Source: Clostridia bacterium (GTDB lineage: Bacteria; Bacillota; Clostridia; Oscillospirales; CAG-272). Taken from it: DNA of 64,000 nucleotides. The stretch is taken from NCBI GenBank assembly GCA_017959065.1, contig JAGDBK010000013.1:3258-67257 (forward strand). Direction: 5' to 3'. Position 1 is the first letter of the stretch; each line of letters begins with the position of its first letter. The notes below the pieces were generated by a model that saw only the letters and a list, made by a program, of their open reading frames with translations, was not told where the DNA came from and did not search any database. Of this stretch, positions 1 through 10,188 are shown piece after piece. Made by a program: the position numbers and the translations under genes.

Positions 1-130
1 GCTCGGCGCACAGACTGACGCACAGCGATTCCGGACAGGTTATCTCACCGCCGAAGTTTTCTATGAAGATATAATCGTTTCCGCAGGACTGCATCTTCGT
101 GAACCTGATCCTCCTGCGTTCCTTTCTCAT
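1..130 (-). CDS. dapF: diaminopimelate epimerase, first ~43 codons only (continues past window start); in frame with carB
   Basis: Manual minus-strand translation of 130->2 gives MRKERRRIRFTKMQSCGNDYIFIENFGGEITCPESLCVSLCAE. FTKMxxxGNDY(I/V) is the conserved DapF N-terminus. No stop codon separates it from carB. Confidence 0.55.
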   Translation of the reverse strand, partial: MRKERRRIRFTKMQSCGNDYIFIENFGGEITCPESLCVSLCAE

Positions 131-3100
131 GTCGTTTATATCCACAAGTTCTGCATTCCCGAGAGTGAACCTGCTCTCTATAATGTCCGCGAGCGCGTTC
201 GCGGTATCCAGCGAAGTAAGACACGGGATCCCGTGATGCATGGCTCTTAGGTGGAGCCTTTTGTAGTCGCCCAGAGTCCCGTCTTTCACGGCGCCGGTGT
301 ATACGATATAGCTGAGTCTGCCTTCATCCATGAGAGGCAGTATCCCGTCCACCTCGACATTGTTTACGGGTATGCCGGCTTCCCCTATCGCGCGGGCGGT
401 GCCCGGAGTTGCGAAAACTCTGATGCCGAGATCCGAAAAACGTTTGGCGAGACTAATTATCTCCTGATAGTCGGTCTCTTCCACGCTCAGAAGAACTCCA
501 GTGCCGTCTCTCATCGAAGGCGACGGAACGGAGAACCCGGCTGCGTTCAGGCCCTTGAAAAGAGCTTCCGCTATGGTCTTGCCAATACCAAGGACCTCAC
601 CTGTCGATTTCATTTCCGGACCAAGTATCGAGTCCGCGTCCGCCAGTTTCTCAAACGAGAAGACCGGAACTTTTGCCGCAAAATAAGGCGGCGTACGGTA
701 AAGGCCTGTCCCGAACCCAAGCTGATCCAGCTTCTGTCCGAGCATGACCTTCGACGCAAGCTCCACCATCGGAACTCCGGTCACTTTGCTGATATAGGGA
801 ACGGTACGCGACGCACGCGGGTTGACCTCTATCACATAGACCTCGTCATCGAATATCAGATACTGAATGTTCACGAGTCCTTTGGTCTTCAGCGCAAGCG
901 CCAGGTTTTCCGAACACTCCGATATGCTTTTAAGATGCCTGTCCGAAAGATTGTACGGAGGATAGAGAGCGATGGAGTCGCCGCTGTGTATCCCTGCCCT
1001 CTCGATATGTTCCATTATCCCCGGGATAAGGACGTTTTCGCCGTCCGAGATCACGTCGACCTCAAGTTCCACGCCGGGCATGTATTTGTCCACGAGGACC
1101 GGGTTCTCGATACCGTGGGACAGTATTCTCCCCATATAGTCCTCTGTCTGGGCGTCATTCCTCGAAATAGTCATGTTCTGCCCGCCGATGACATATGACG
1201 GCCTCAGGAGGACCGGATATCCGAGCCCGTTCGCCGCCTTCACGGCTTCCTCGGACGTAAGAACGCTCATTCCCTTCGGACGGCGTATCGAAAACTGTTC
1301 CAGCAGCGCGTCGAATCTTGATCTGTCCTCGGCTATGTCTATGCTGTCCGCAGACGTCCCGAGTATCCTGATCCCCTTCCCGTCCAGATAGTTCGTCAGC
1401 TTGATTGCTGTCTGACCGCCGAAAGCGACCACTACGCCAACGGGGTGCTCAACATCGATCACGCCCTGCACGTCCTCATTCGTGAGGGGCTCGAAATACA
1501 GCCTGTCCGCGGTATCGTAATCCGTGGAGACCGTCTCGGGGTTGTTGTTGACTATCACCACGTCGTAACCCATTTCCCTCAGGGTACGCACACAGTGGAC
1601 CGAACTGTAGTCGAACTCTATGCCCTGTCCGATGCGTATCGGCCCGGATCCGAGCACTATGATGACCTGTTTGTCTTTTCTGTCGATCGTCCTCGACTCG
1701 CAGAAGCTGTCCGCGCTCGAATAAAAGTACGGTGTTTCAGCTTCGAACTCCGCCGCGCAGGTATCGACCATCTTGTATGAATAATGAAATTCCGGAAGAT
1801 CTTTTCTGCCTGACAGACTCGACAGTGCCCTGTCCGTATATCCAAGCCTCTTGCCTTTCCTGTACTGATCGTCAGTCATGGATCCGGATATCTCAGATTC
1901 GAAATCGGCCAGTTTCTTCATTTTATGCAGGAACCATTCGTCTATCATGGTCAGTCTGTGGATCTCGTCGATCCCGGTCCCCGCTTTAAGAGCCTCAAAT
2001 ATCGTAAATACCCGCCGGTCGTCCTGATCGAGAAGTCGCTCCCGTACAGGCCTGCCGTCAAGGGGTTCGTAATTAAGCGTATCAGCGGAGATCTCCAGTC
2101 CTCTTACCGCCTTCATCAGCGCCTCTTCAAAAGACTGGCCTATAGCCATGACTTCACCGGTGGCTTTCATCTGCGTTCCGAGTTTTCTCGATGACCCGGC
2201 GAATTTGTCAAACGGCCATTTCGGGAATTTCACGACCACGTAGTCGAGCGCCGGCTCAAAACAGGCGCACGTCTTCCCTGTTATGTCGTTGCCGATCTCG
2301 TCAAGGGTGTATCCGAGCGCGATCCTTGTAGTGATCTTGGCGATTGGATATCCGGTTGCCTTTGAGGCCAGCGCCGAAGACCTCGATACGCGCGGATTGA
2401 CCTCTATCACGGCATAGTCGAAGCTTTCCGGGTCCAGCGCGAACTGACAGTTGCACCCTCCGACTATTCCAAGAGCGGAAACTATATCCAATGCGGCAGA
2501 CCTGAGCATCTGGTATTCCCTGTCCGCAAGAGTAAGCGCGGGCGCGACCACGACGGAATCACCGGTATGGATGCCGACCGGGTCGAAATTCTCCATAGAG
2601 CAGACCGCTATCACGTTCCCCGCGGAGTCCCTCATGGTCTCAAACTCGATCTCCTTCCACCCGGAAACGCACTTCTCGACGAGTATCTGGCTTATGGGAG
2701 ACGCGTCGAGACCGACGGAGGCAAGTTCGGAAAGCTCTTCCGCGGAACCGGCTATGCCTCCTCCGAAACCGCCGAGGGTATAAGCCGGTCTGACGATCAC
2801 CGGATAACCTATCCTTTCCGCGGCGCCGAGAGCGGACGCGACATCCGTCGCGATCTCGGACGGGATCGTCTTCTGTCCGATGCTCTGCATCACGTTCCGG
2901 AACGATTCCCTGTTCTCGGACTTCTCTATCGCTCCGATGTCCGAACCTATGAGCCTGACCCCGTATTTCTCGAGCACACCGCTCCGGGACAGTTGCATCG
3001 CCAGGTTCAGCGCGGTCTGCCCTCCGAGTCCGGCAAGCAGAGCGTCCGGACGCTCCTTCTCTATTATCCTCGCAACCGTCTGCTCGTTGAGCGGTTCGAG

Positions 3101-3295
3101 ATAAATCTCGTCAGCCAGATGGCTGTCTGTCATGATCGTCGCCGGATTCGAGTTTACGAGAACGACGTCTATGCCTTCCTGCTTGAGAACGCGGCAGGCC
3201 TGAGCCCCGGCATAGTCGAATTCCGCGGCCTGCCCTATCACTATGGGTCCGGAACCGATGACAAGGACCTTCCGGACAGACATATCTCTAGGCAT
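131..3295 (-). CDS. carB: carbamoyl-phosphate synthase large subunit; the 131 boundary is nominal because no stop codon exists
   Basis: Absent from the ORF track because the frame has no stop inside the window. Manual translation from ATG 3295 gives MPRDMSVRKVLVIGSGPIVIGQAAEFDYAGAQACRVLKQEGIDVVLVNSNPATIMTD (ATP-grasp CPSase N-terminus). GAGGA lies 5 nt upstream. The MGS-like C-terminus reads ...HHGIPCLTSLDTANALADIIESRF. It follows carA directly. Confidence 0.9.
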
Positions 3296-3302
3296 TAGTT
3301 CC

Positions 3303-4364
3303 TCAACCCTTTCTATTTTCCATCATACTGATAAAACGATCGAACAAAAATCCGGTATCTCTCGGTCCGCCGCAGGCCTCCGGATGGAACTGGACAGTAA
3401 AGCAGTCCATATCCTCGTAAGCCATCCCCTCGCAGCTTCCGTCATTAGCATTGAAAAACGACATCCTGCCGATCCCCGCCAAGCCTGTGGGATCCACGGC
3501 GTAACCGTGGTTCTGGCTCGTGATATACACTCTGCCGCTCCCGGTTTCACGGACCGGCTGGTTTCCGCCCCTGTGCCCGAATTTCAGTTTGTATGTGCTC
3601 CCTCCGGCCGCAAGAGCGGTAAGCTGATGCCCGAGGCATATACCGAAGACCGGCACTTTGCCCATCATCGACCTGATTTGCGTGTACTGGAATACGTTTT
3701 CGGACGGATCACCGGGCCCGTTTGAGAGAACGACCCCGTCCGGGGAACCGGAAAGGATCTCATCCGCGCCCGAGGTCGCCGGAAAGACCGACACTTCGCA
3801 TCCCCTTGCCGTAAGATTCGTTATGATGCTGCGCTTGACCCCGTAATCCACGAGACTCACGCGGAATCTCGGCTCGGAATCGGGCCGGCAGACATGTATG
3901 CTTTTGCAGGTCACGGAACCGACCGCGAAACGGAGCGCCGCTTCCCCAGCCATTCTGTCAAACGCGCCGGCGTCATCGCTGATCACGGCATCCATTACTC
4001 CGAATTCCCTGATGGTCCGGGTGATCTGCCGGGTATCGACACCGCATATCCCGGGTATTCCGTTGTCGCTCAGGAATCTGTCGAGCTGTCCCTCGGACCT
4101 GAAGTTCGACGGAAAATCGCACATTTCCCTGACGACATATCCGCGCGCGGCGCTCTTTCCCTCAAAATCCGGACTTATCTTTCCGCAGTTCCCGATAAGC
4201 GGAAAAGTCTGAACTATGATCTGCCCCGCGTATGACGGGTCTGTCAGGGTCTCGTTGTATCCCGTCATCCCCGTGGTGAACACAAGTTCGCCCGCGGCGT
4301 CGCCACGGGCGCCTATCCGTTCACCCTTATATACGTCTCCGTTTGCAAGAATTAAATATGCCAT
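3303..4364 (-). CDS. carA: carbamoyl-phosphate synthase small (glutamine amidotransferase) subunit
   Basis: 353-aa ORF with MAYLILANGDVYKGERIG...TGMTGYNETLTDPSYAGQI and the GATase triad region GICLGHQ...HGGN. Ends in TGA. Confidence 0.93.
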   Translation of the reverse strand: MAYLILANGDVYKGERIGARGDAAGELVFTTGMTGYNETLTDPSYAGQIIVQTFPLIGNCGKISPDFEGKSAARGYVVREMCDFPSNFRSEGQLDRFLSDNGIPGICGVDTRQITRTIREFGVMDAVISDDAGAFDRMAGEAALRFAVGSVTCKSIHVCRPDSEPRFRVSLVDYGVKRSIITNLTARGCEVSVFPATSGADEILSGSPDGVVLSNGPGDPSENVFQYTQIRSMMGKVPVFGICLGHQLTALAAGGSTYKLKFGHRGGNQPVRETGSGRVYITSQNHGYAVDPTGLAGIGRMSFFNANDGSCEGMAYEDMDCFTVQFHPEACGGPRDTGFLFDRFISMMENRKG

Positions 4365-4413
4365 CCTGTCATTCTTCCTTTACAGCAGCTGACCGGACCG
4401 CTCATTCCCCCGA

Positions 4414-5403
4414 TCAGATCAGGGTCGCGGCCATAACGGCTTTGATAGTGTGCATCCTGTTTTCCGCCTCGTCGAACACGACAGACCTTTCGCTCTCGAA
4501 AACTTCGTCGGTCACTTCCATGCAGTCAATCCCGAATCTGTCGTAGATCGACCGGCCGACACCTGTTTCTAGATCGTGGAAGGCCGGAAGACAGTGCATG
4601 AAAACGCACTGGGACCCAGCGGCATCCATAATCTCCGAAGTTACTCTGTACGGGGACAGATCCTCTATCCTTTCCTTCCAGACCTCGTCCGGCTCGCCCA
4701 TGGACACCCATACATCGGTATAGATCACGTCAGCTCCCCTGACGGCTTCGGACGGATCGGTGCAGAACGAAAGCCTAGAGCCCGTGCTCTCCGCGATCCG
4801 CATGCATGTTTCGGTAAGTTCTTTTCCCGGAAAGTATTTTTCCGGAGCGCATGCGGTGAAATCCATCCCCATCTTGGCGCACCCGACCATGAGAGAGTTC
4901 CCCATGTTGTATCTGGCATCGCCCATATATACCAGTTTCCTTCCGGCTAGGCTTCCGATCTTTTCCCTGACTGTCAGGAAATCCGCGAGTATCTGCGTCG
5001 GATGGAACTGATCCGTGAGACCGTTCCATACGGGGACCCCCGCATACCTTGCGATCGTCTCGACCCTTTCCTGTCCGTATCCCCGGTATTCGATACCGTC
5101 GAACATCCTGCCGAGAACTCTCGCGGTGTCCGCTATGGATTCCTTCTTGCCTATCTGCGAAGCGGCCGGATCCAGATATACGGAATGCATCCCGAGATCA
5201 GCGGCCGCGACCTCGAAAGAACACCGGGTCCTCGTGCTGGTCTTCTCGAAGATCAGCGCGATGTTCCTGCCCTCGCACAGACGGTGCGTCTCACCGCTTT
5301 TTTTCATTTTTTTGAGTTCGGCGGAAAGACCGAGAAGGCCGTCTATCTCCTCCGGAGTAAAATCCAGGAGTTTCAGAAAACTTCTTCCCTTGAGTGAAAA
5401 CAT
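4414..5403 (-). CDS. argF: ornithine carbamoyltransferase
   Basis: 329-aa ORF with STRTR, HPTQ, SMG and HCLP motifs. Confidence 0.92.
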   Translation of the reverse strand: MFSLKGRSFLKLLDFTPEEIDGLLGLSAELKKMKKSGETHRLCEGRNIALIFEKTSTRTRCSFEVAAADLGMHSVYLDPAASQIGKKESIADTARVLGRMFDGIEYRGYGQERVETIARYAGVPVWNGLTDQFHPTQILADFLTVREKIGSLAGRKLVYMGDARYNMGNSLMVGCAKMGMDFTACAPEKYFPGKELTETCMRIAESTGSRLSFCTDPSEAVRGADVIYTDVWVSMGEPDEVWKERIEDLSPYRVTSEIMDAAGSQCVFMHCLPAFHDLETGVGRSIYDRFGIDCMEVTDEVFESERSVVFDEAENRMHTIKAVMAATLI

Positions 5404-5410
5404 ATCAGGA

Positions 5411-6586
5411 TCAACTCACTTTCGAACAGACTTCAATGATGATCTTTACCGCTTTCATAAGCAGATCGTCCGGAATGTTCAGGGCAGGCAGAAGCCTTAC
5501 CCTGTCTTTAGCCGTCAGACAGAGCACGCCTCTTTCCATACATTCAGCCACTACCTCGGCGGCGGGTCTTTCCGTCTTTATCCCGATCATCAGGCCGAAC
5601 CCCCTGACGTCCGTTACGCCCGGAGCTCCTTTGAGCATGGAAAATACGGCTGCGCTCTTGTTTCTTACGCTCTCGAGCAGTTCATCGTCTATCCTGCCGA
5701 GTATGCTCAGGGCGCCCGCGCAGGATACCGGATTGCCGCCGAACGTCGAACCGTGGTCGCCGTACCCGAGAACATTGCCGTATTTCCGGCTGACAAGGGT
5801 CGCGCCCAGCGGAAGACCGCCGGCAAGTCCCTTTGCAGTCGATACTATATCAGGCTCAATACCGTAATGCATATACGAATAGAGTCTGCCCGTCCTCCCG
5901 TTTCCGGTCTGGACCTCGTCGACGATAAGTGCCACGTCGTTCTTTTCCGCATATTCGGCAACTGTTTTCACAAATTCCGGTTCAAGCGGTACAACCCCGC
6001 CCTCTCCCTGCACGCACTCTATCATTACGGCGGCCGGATTGGATTCTGCCGCGGTTTTCAGAAATCCGTCGGAGTCGTTTGCCTTCACATGAACGAAACC
6101 GGGGGTAAGCGGCCGGAAGAGCTCGTGATAATGCTCCTGGCCCGTAGCGGACAGAGTCGTCAGAGTCCTTCCGTGGAACGAATTCTCAAGGGTTATGATG
6201 TTGAAGCAGTCTTCCCCTTTTTTCTCTGCCGCGTATTTCCTCGCGAATTTGATCGCGCATTCATTTGCCTCGGCGCCGGAATTCGAAAAGAACACCTTTC
6301 CCATCCCGGTCTTCCTGCAAAGCATCTCGGCAAGTCTGGCGCAGGGCTCCGTATAATACAGGTTCGACACGTGCTGAAGCTTTGCTGCCTGAGCGCAGAC
6401 GGCCTCAGTCCACACGCTGTCGCAGATGCCGAAAGAAGTCACTCCTATCCCGGAGCCCAGATCGATGTATTCCCTGCCGTCGCTGCCGCGGACCAGCGAC
6501 CCCTTGCCTGAAACGAGCTCAACGGGGAAACGCTTGTATGTTCCCGCTATATATTCCTTGTCAAGTTCGGTGATTATAGTGCTCAC
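5411..6586 (-). CDS. argD: acetylornithine aminotransferase (class III PLP aminotransferase)
   Basis: 391-aa ORF with ...[11 protein letters not shown]...DEVQTG.GRTG... and arg operon context. Confidence 0.9.
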   Translation of the reverse strand: MSTIITELDKEYIAGTYKRFPVELVSGKGSLVRGSDGREYIDLGSGIGVTSFGICDSVWTEAVCAQAAKLQHVSNLYYTEPCARLAEMLCRKTGMGKVFFSNSGAEANECAIKFARKYAAEKKGEDCFNIITLENSFHGRTLTTLSATGQEHYHELFRPLTPGFVHVKANDSDGFLKTAAESNPAAVMIECVQGEGGVVPLEPEFVKTVAEYAEKNDVALIVDEVQTGNGRTGRLYSYMHYGIEPDIVSTAKGLAGGLPLGATLVSRKYGNVLGYGDHGSTFGGNPVSCAGALSILGRIDDELLESVRNKSAAVFSMLKGAPGVTDVRGFGLMIGIKTERPAAEVVAECMERGVLCLTAKDRVRLLPALNIPDDLLMKAVKIIIEVCSKVS

Positions 6587-7452
6587 TTCTGATCTCCTTT
6601 AATCCATGTTCCGGCTCCTTCGTTGGTAAGAAGCTCCATCAGGATGGAATGAGGGATCCGCCCGTCCATTATGACCGTGTTCCTCACGCCGTTTTCAAGC
6701 GCTTCTATGCAACAGTCGACCTTCGGTATCATTCCCCCGGAAATAATGCCCTCGCCGTAAAGTTTTTTTGCTTCCGATACCGTCAGCTCCGGGATAAGGG
6801 TGGACGGATCGTTTTTGTCTCTCAGTATGCCCGAGATGTCAGTCATCATTATCAGTCTCTCGGCGCTGAGCGCGCCCGCGATATGGGCTGCGGCGGTATC
6901 TCCGTTTATGTTGTAAGTGTTCCCGGCGCTGTCGCATCCGATGGTCGAAATCACCGGAATGTACCCCTTGTCGAGGATATCGGTCACCGGTTCGATATTT
7001 ATCCCGGTGATCTTTCCGACGAATCCGAGCCGCTCGTCTTTCGGCTCGACCTGGATTATGCTGCCGTCCACCCCGGAAAGGCCTATCGCCTTGCCGCCGT
7101 GTATCTCAAGCAGTTTGACGAGGTTCTTGTTCACCTTCCCGGCAAGGACCATCTGAACTATGTCAACGGTCTCGCTGTCGGTCACTCTGAGCCCGTCTAT
7201 GAACTCCGGCTTTTTACCGAGTTTCTCCATGAGTTCGCTGATCTCCGGACCGCCGCCGTGTATAAGTACGATCCTGACGCCGATATACCACAGGAGCACG
7301 ATATCCTCCATGACCTGCTTTTTCAGCGAATCATTGACCATTGCGTTGCCGCCGTATTTGACGACCACCGTTTTGCCCGTGTACCTCTTTATATACGGAA
7401 GAGCCTGGGTGAGCACTTCCGCGCGCTGGGCGTTAGAAAAAGAATTATCCAT
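6583..7452 (-). CDS. argB: acetylglutamate kinase
   Basis: 289-aa ORF with TVVVKYGGNAM...LIHGGGP motifs. It has a 4-nt overlap with argD. Confidence 0.92.
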   Translation of the reverse strand: MDNSFSNAQRAEVLTQALPYIKRYTGKTVVVKYGGNAMVNDSLKKQVMEDIVLLWYIGVRIVLIHGGGPEISELMEKLGKKPEFIDGLRVTDSETVDIVQMVLAGKVNKNLVKLLEIHGGKAIGLSGVDGSIIQVEPKDERLGFVGKITGINIEPVTDILDKGYIPVISTIGCDSAGNTYNINGDTAAAHIAGALSAERLIMMTDISGILRDKNDPSTLIPELTVSEAKKLYGEGIISGGMIPKVDCCIEALENGVRNTVIMDGRIPHSILMELLTNEGAGTWIKGDQK

Positions 7453-7464
7453 TTTAAATCTCCG

Positions 7465-8679
7465 TCAAGTCCGGTAATCACCGTTGATTTTCACATAGTC
7501 ATATGTAAGGTCGCAGCCCCATGCGAGAGAACCGGCGCCGCCGGAATTCAGGCAGACCAGTATCTCGATCTCATCGCAGGAGAGTATCTTTTTCGCTTCG
7601 TCCTCGGAAAACTCTATGCCTGTTCCCCCGCGACATACGCCGATCTCACCGGCCTTGCTCCTGAAAGAGACGTCGATCTTGAGCGGGTCGACGTCCGCTC
7701 CGCTGTATCCGATCGCGCAGAGGACCCTCCCCCAGTTGGCATCGGCGCCGAACATTGCCGCCTTAAGAAGACTTGAACAGACGACGCTTTTAGCGACGGT
7801 CGCCGCAGTAGCTTCGTCCGAAGCTCCGCTCACTCTGCACTCAAGGAGTTTGGTCGCTCCCTCGCCGTCTGCGGCTATCTTTCTGCAGAGTCCGACGTTT
7901 ACCGAGTTGAGGGCCTTCATGAAGACGGCGAAGTCCTCGTTTTCGGAAGTGATCTCCGTGTTGCCTGCCATCCCGTTCGCGAGAACGATGACCATGTCGT
8001 TGGTCGATGTGTCACCGTCTATAGATACCATGTTGAACGTCTTCTTAACGTCTCCGGAAAGAGCCTTTTTAAGCATGTCAGGGCAGATCGCCGCGTCTGT
8101 CGTGATGAACACGAGCATAGTCGCAAGATTGGGATGGATCATTCCGCTTCCCTTCGCGATGCCGCCCATCCGGCATGTCTTTCCGTCAAGCTCGAACTCC
8201 ACGGTAACTTCCTTCAGCTTTGTATCCGTGGTCATTATCCCCTCGGCGGCATCATCGCTTCCGTCATATGACAGCGCGCCGCAGAGCTCCGGGATGCCGG
8301 CTTTTATCGGAGCGATGTCAAGAGGCTGGCCTATGACGCCGGTAGAAGCGACTGCCACGTCCTCCGGAGATATCCCGAGTCCGGCCGCCGCAAGCTCGCA
8401 CATCTCGCGCGCGATCTCCTCTCCCCCCGCGTTGCACGTATTGGCGTTGCCGCTGTTGCATATCACGGCGCGCGCGTGACCGTCGGAAATGTGATCGGCA
8501 GTTACCGCGATCGGAGCGCCCTTCACAAGATTGGTAGTGTACACTGCCGCGCATGAGGCTTCTTTTTCGCTGAAGATCAGCGAAAGATCCCTTTTTGTCC
8601 TCGACTTGCGTATCCCGCAGTGCACGCCCGATGCTTTAAAACCTTTTGCGGCGCATACGCCGCCTTTGATAAATTTCAT
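7465..8679 (-). CDS. argJ: bifunctional ornithine acetyltransferase / N-acetylglutamate synthase
   Basis: 404-aa ORF with the autoproteolysis site ...HPNLATMLVFITTD. Confidence 0.92.
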   Translation of the reverse strand: MKFIKGGVCAAKGFKASGVHCGIRKSRTKRDLSLIFSEKEASCAAVYTTNLVKGAPIAVTADHISDGHARAVICNSGNANTCNAGGEEIAREMCELAAAGLGISPEDVAVASTGVIGQPLDIAPIKAGIPELCGALSYDGSDDAAEGIMTTDTKLKEVTVEFELDGKTCRMGGIAKGSGMIHPNLATMLVFITTDAAICPDMLKKALSGDVKKTFNMVSIDGDTSTNDMVIVLANGMAGNTEITSENEDFAVFMKALNSVNVGLCRKIAADGEGATKLLECRVSGASDEATAATVAKSVVCSSLLKAAMFGADANWGRVLCAIGYSGADVDPLKIDVSFRSKAGEIGVCRGGTGIEFSEDEAKKILSCDEIEILVCLNSGGAGSLAWGCDLTYDYVKINGDYRT

Positions 8680-8793
8680 AACTACATTCCGTGAGACCGC
8701 CGTCTTACCGGACGGCCATTGTTTCCTTTCGATCTAACTGTATATATTTTGCGGACGGCAGGCCGTTTCTGTCCTCCGTCCCGTGCTTCCGGT

Positions 8794-9726
8794 TCATTCA
8801 AACACAAGACCTTCGTACTCATCCGCGCCGAGTGCTATATTCAGATTCTGTACCGCAGCTCCCGAGGCGCCTTTGCCCAGATTGTCGAATCTGGATACCA
8901 GAATGATCCTGTCGCCGTTTCCGAATACTCCGATCTGCATATCATCTCTTCCGGACATCGCCGCCGCGGACAGAAATCCGTTCTCATCCGCGCCGTCCGC
9001 AGCGAAGACCGCTTTCCCGGTGTAGTATTCTCTGTACAGGTCAAAGATCGTCCGAGCATCAGCGCCGTCAACAAGATATTCTCCGGGCAGTGTGACCGTG
9101 ACCTCCATTCCGGAATAGAAAGATGCCACGACGGGGATGAAGAACGGGGCTCTGTCAAGCCCGCACACGGCTTTCATTTCGGGAAGATGCTTGTGGTTCT
9201 GCGTCAGTCCGTACTGTCTCGGGGCGTCCAGCAGCGGATCCCTGCCGTCCGACTCGTATTCGGCTATCATCTTTTTGCCGCCGCCGGAATATCCCGTCAG
9301 AGACACCGAGGTCAGTACCGCGTCCCGTTCGATGAGACCTTTCTCGACCAGAGGAGCAACAAGCGCGATGAAACCGCTCGCGTGACATCCGGGGTTAGCT
9401 ATGCGTCTGGCATTTCTGATCTTTTCCCTGAAGTCCCGTATCTCCGGAAATCCGTAGACCCAGTCTTCGGAACACCTGTGCGCGGTCGACGTGTCTATTA
9501 TCACCGTTTCCGGGTTGTCAGCCATCTCAGCCGCGGCCCGCGCCGCGTCGTCCGGAAGACAGAGTATCGATACATCGGACCGGTTTATGGCGTCCCGTCT
9601 CGCGTTCTCGTCCTTTCTCTCGCTCTCGGCCAGCCGTATCAGCTCTATATCTTTCCTCGCGGAAAGCCTCTCGTAGATCCTGATCCCGGTCGTGCCGGAA
9701 CTCCCGTCAATAAAAACCTTTTTCAA
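8794..9726 (-). CDS. argC: N-acetyl-gamma-glutamyl-phosphate reductase (short ~310-aa form)
   Basis: The track ORF runs to 9858. However, GGAGG followed by TTG at 9726 gives (M)KKVFIDGSSGTTGIRI, the family-typical N-terminus. The predicted promoter (9830-9858) lies inside the longer ORF. Confidence 0.85.
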   Translation of the reverse strand: MKKVFIDGSSGTTGIRIYERLSARKDIELIRLAESERKDENARRDAINRSDVSILCLPDDAARAAAEMADNPETVIIDTSTAHRCSEDWVYGFPEIRDFREKIRNARRIANPGCHASGFIALVAPLVEKGLIERDAVLTSVSLTGYSGGGKKMIAEYESDGRDPLLDAPRQYGLTQNHKHLPEMKAVCGLDRAPFFIPVVASFYSGMEVTVTLPGEYLVDGADARTIFDLYREYYTGKAVFAADGADENGFLSAAAMSGRDDMQIGVFGNGDRIILVSRFDNLGKGASGAAVQNLNIALGADEYEGLVFE

Positions 9727-9829
9727 ATCCGCCTCCGTATAAGTTCTCCCGTCCGGGACAGTACGCTCTTCATGTAAGGTAGCGTTCGCTCCGGACACCT
9801 GAACGAGGATTTTCTCAGAAATTATTGAA

Positions 9830-9858
9830 ATACTAGCACAAAAAGTGTTCTTTGTCAA
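9830..9858 (-). promoter_or_regulatory. sigma-A type promoter of the arg operon
   Basis: Minus strand reads TTGACA (9858-9853), a 17-nt spacer, then TGc-TAGTAT (9835-9830). Confidence 0.5.
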
Positions 9859-9893
9859 TATTTATGCAACAATTCTTTATAATATTAAGTATA

Positions 9894-9950
9894 AATTCAT
9901 TATTCAACCGCATTTTTGAATAATTTTTCATTTTCATTGAATAAATATCG
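9894..9950 (-). promoter_or_regulatory. putative ArgR/AhrC operator (ARG-box-like repeats)
   Basis: TGAATAATTTTTCA (9917-9930) differs by 1 mismatch from TGAATwwwwATTCA. It is flanked by AATTCATTATTCAA (9894-9907) and TGAATAAATATCG (9938-9950), in an AT-rich tract upstream of the arg promoter. Confidence 0.45.
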
Positions 9951-10039
9951 CCGTTTCGGGAAACATGTACTTCTGACCGGCATCAGCCGTCCGCAAGGAA
10001 GGTCCCGGAGACTTTTTCCGGGCTTTGTCCATATGATTA

Positions 10040-10069
10040 TTGACAAGGCGCCGTGCGTTGTTTTATAAT
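10040..10069 (+). promoter_or_regulatory. sigma-A type promoter of glucokinase gene
   Basis: TTGACA (10040-10045), an 18-nt spacer, then TATAAT (10064-10069). Confidence 0.5.
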
Positions 10070-10188
10070 TTTCATATATGGCAGAAACCGATGCGTACAA
10101 GCCTCGCGGCGCCTTTCTGCGCGCAGAATCAACACATCAGACTTTTAATTATTTTGCCGCAGGACGACGCGGCAGAACGGAGGGTACA

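Noticed and set aside
251-9777. Many long plus-strand ORFs in the track, for example 251-1198, 2567-3298, 5015-6511 (498 aa), 6649-7776 (375 aa), 7616-8479 and 8719-9777.
   Set aside because: They lie antisense to confidently identified arg/car genes. Their composition is low-complexity and Arg/Pro/Ser-rich, with no recognisable motifs. This is typical of shadow frames in GC-rich coding DNA. The same applies to 31113-32153, 40479-41186, 42728-43519, 46564-47445, 49651-50265 and similar ORFs.
10078-10188. N-terminal extensions suggested by the track for glcK (10078), the acyl-CoA synthetase (25568), tsaE (51329), CPBP (52525), tadA (53309) and argC (9858).
   Set aside because: The extensions overlap upstream genes or predicted promoters, lack an SD and are not family-typical. 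Internal starts with good SD sequences give canonical N-termini.
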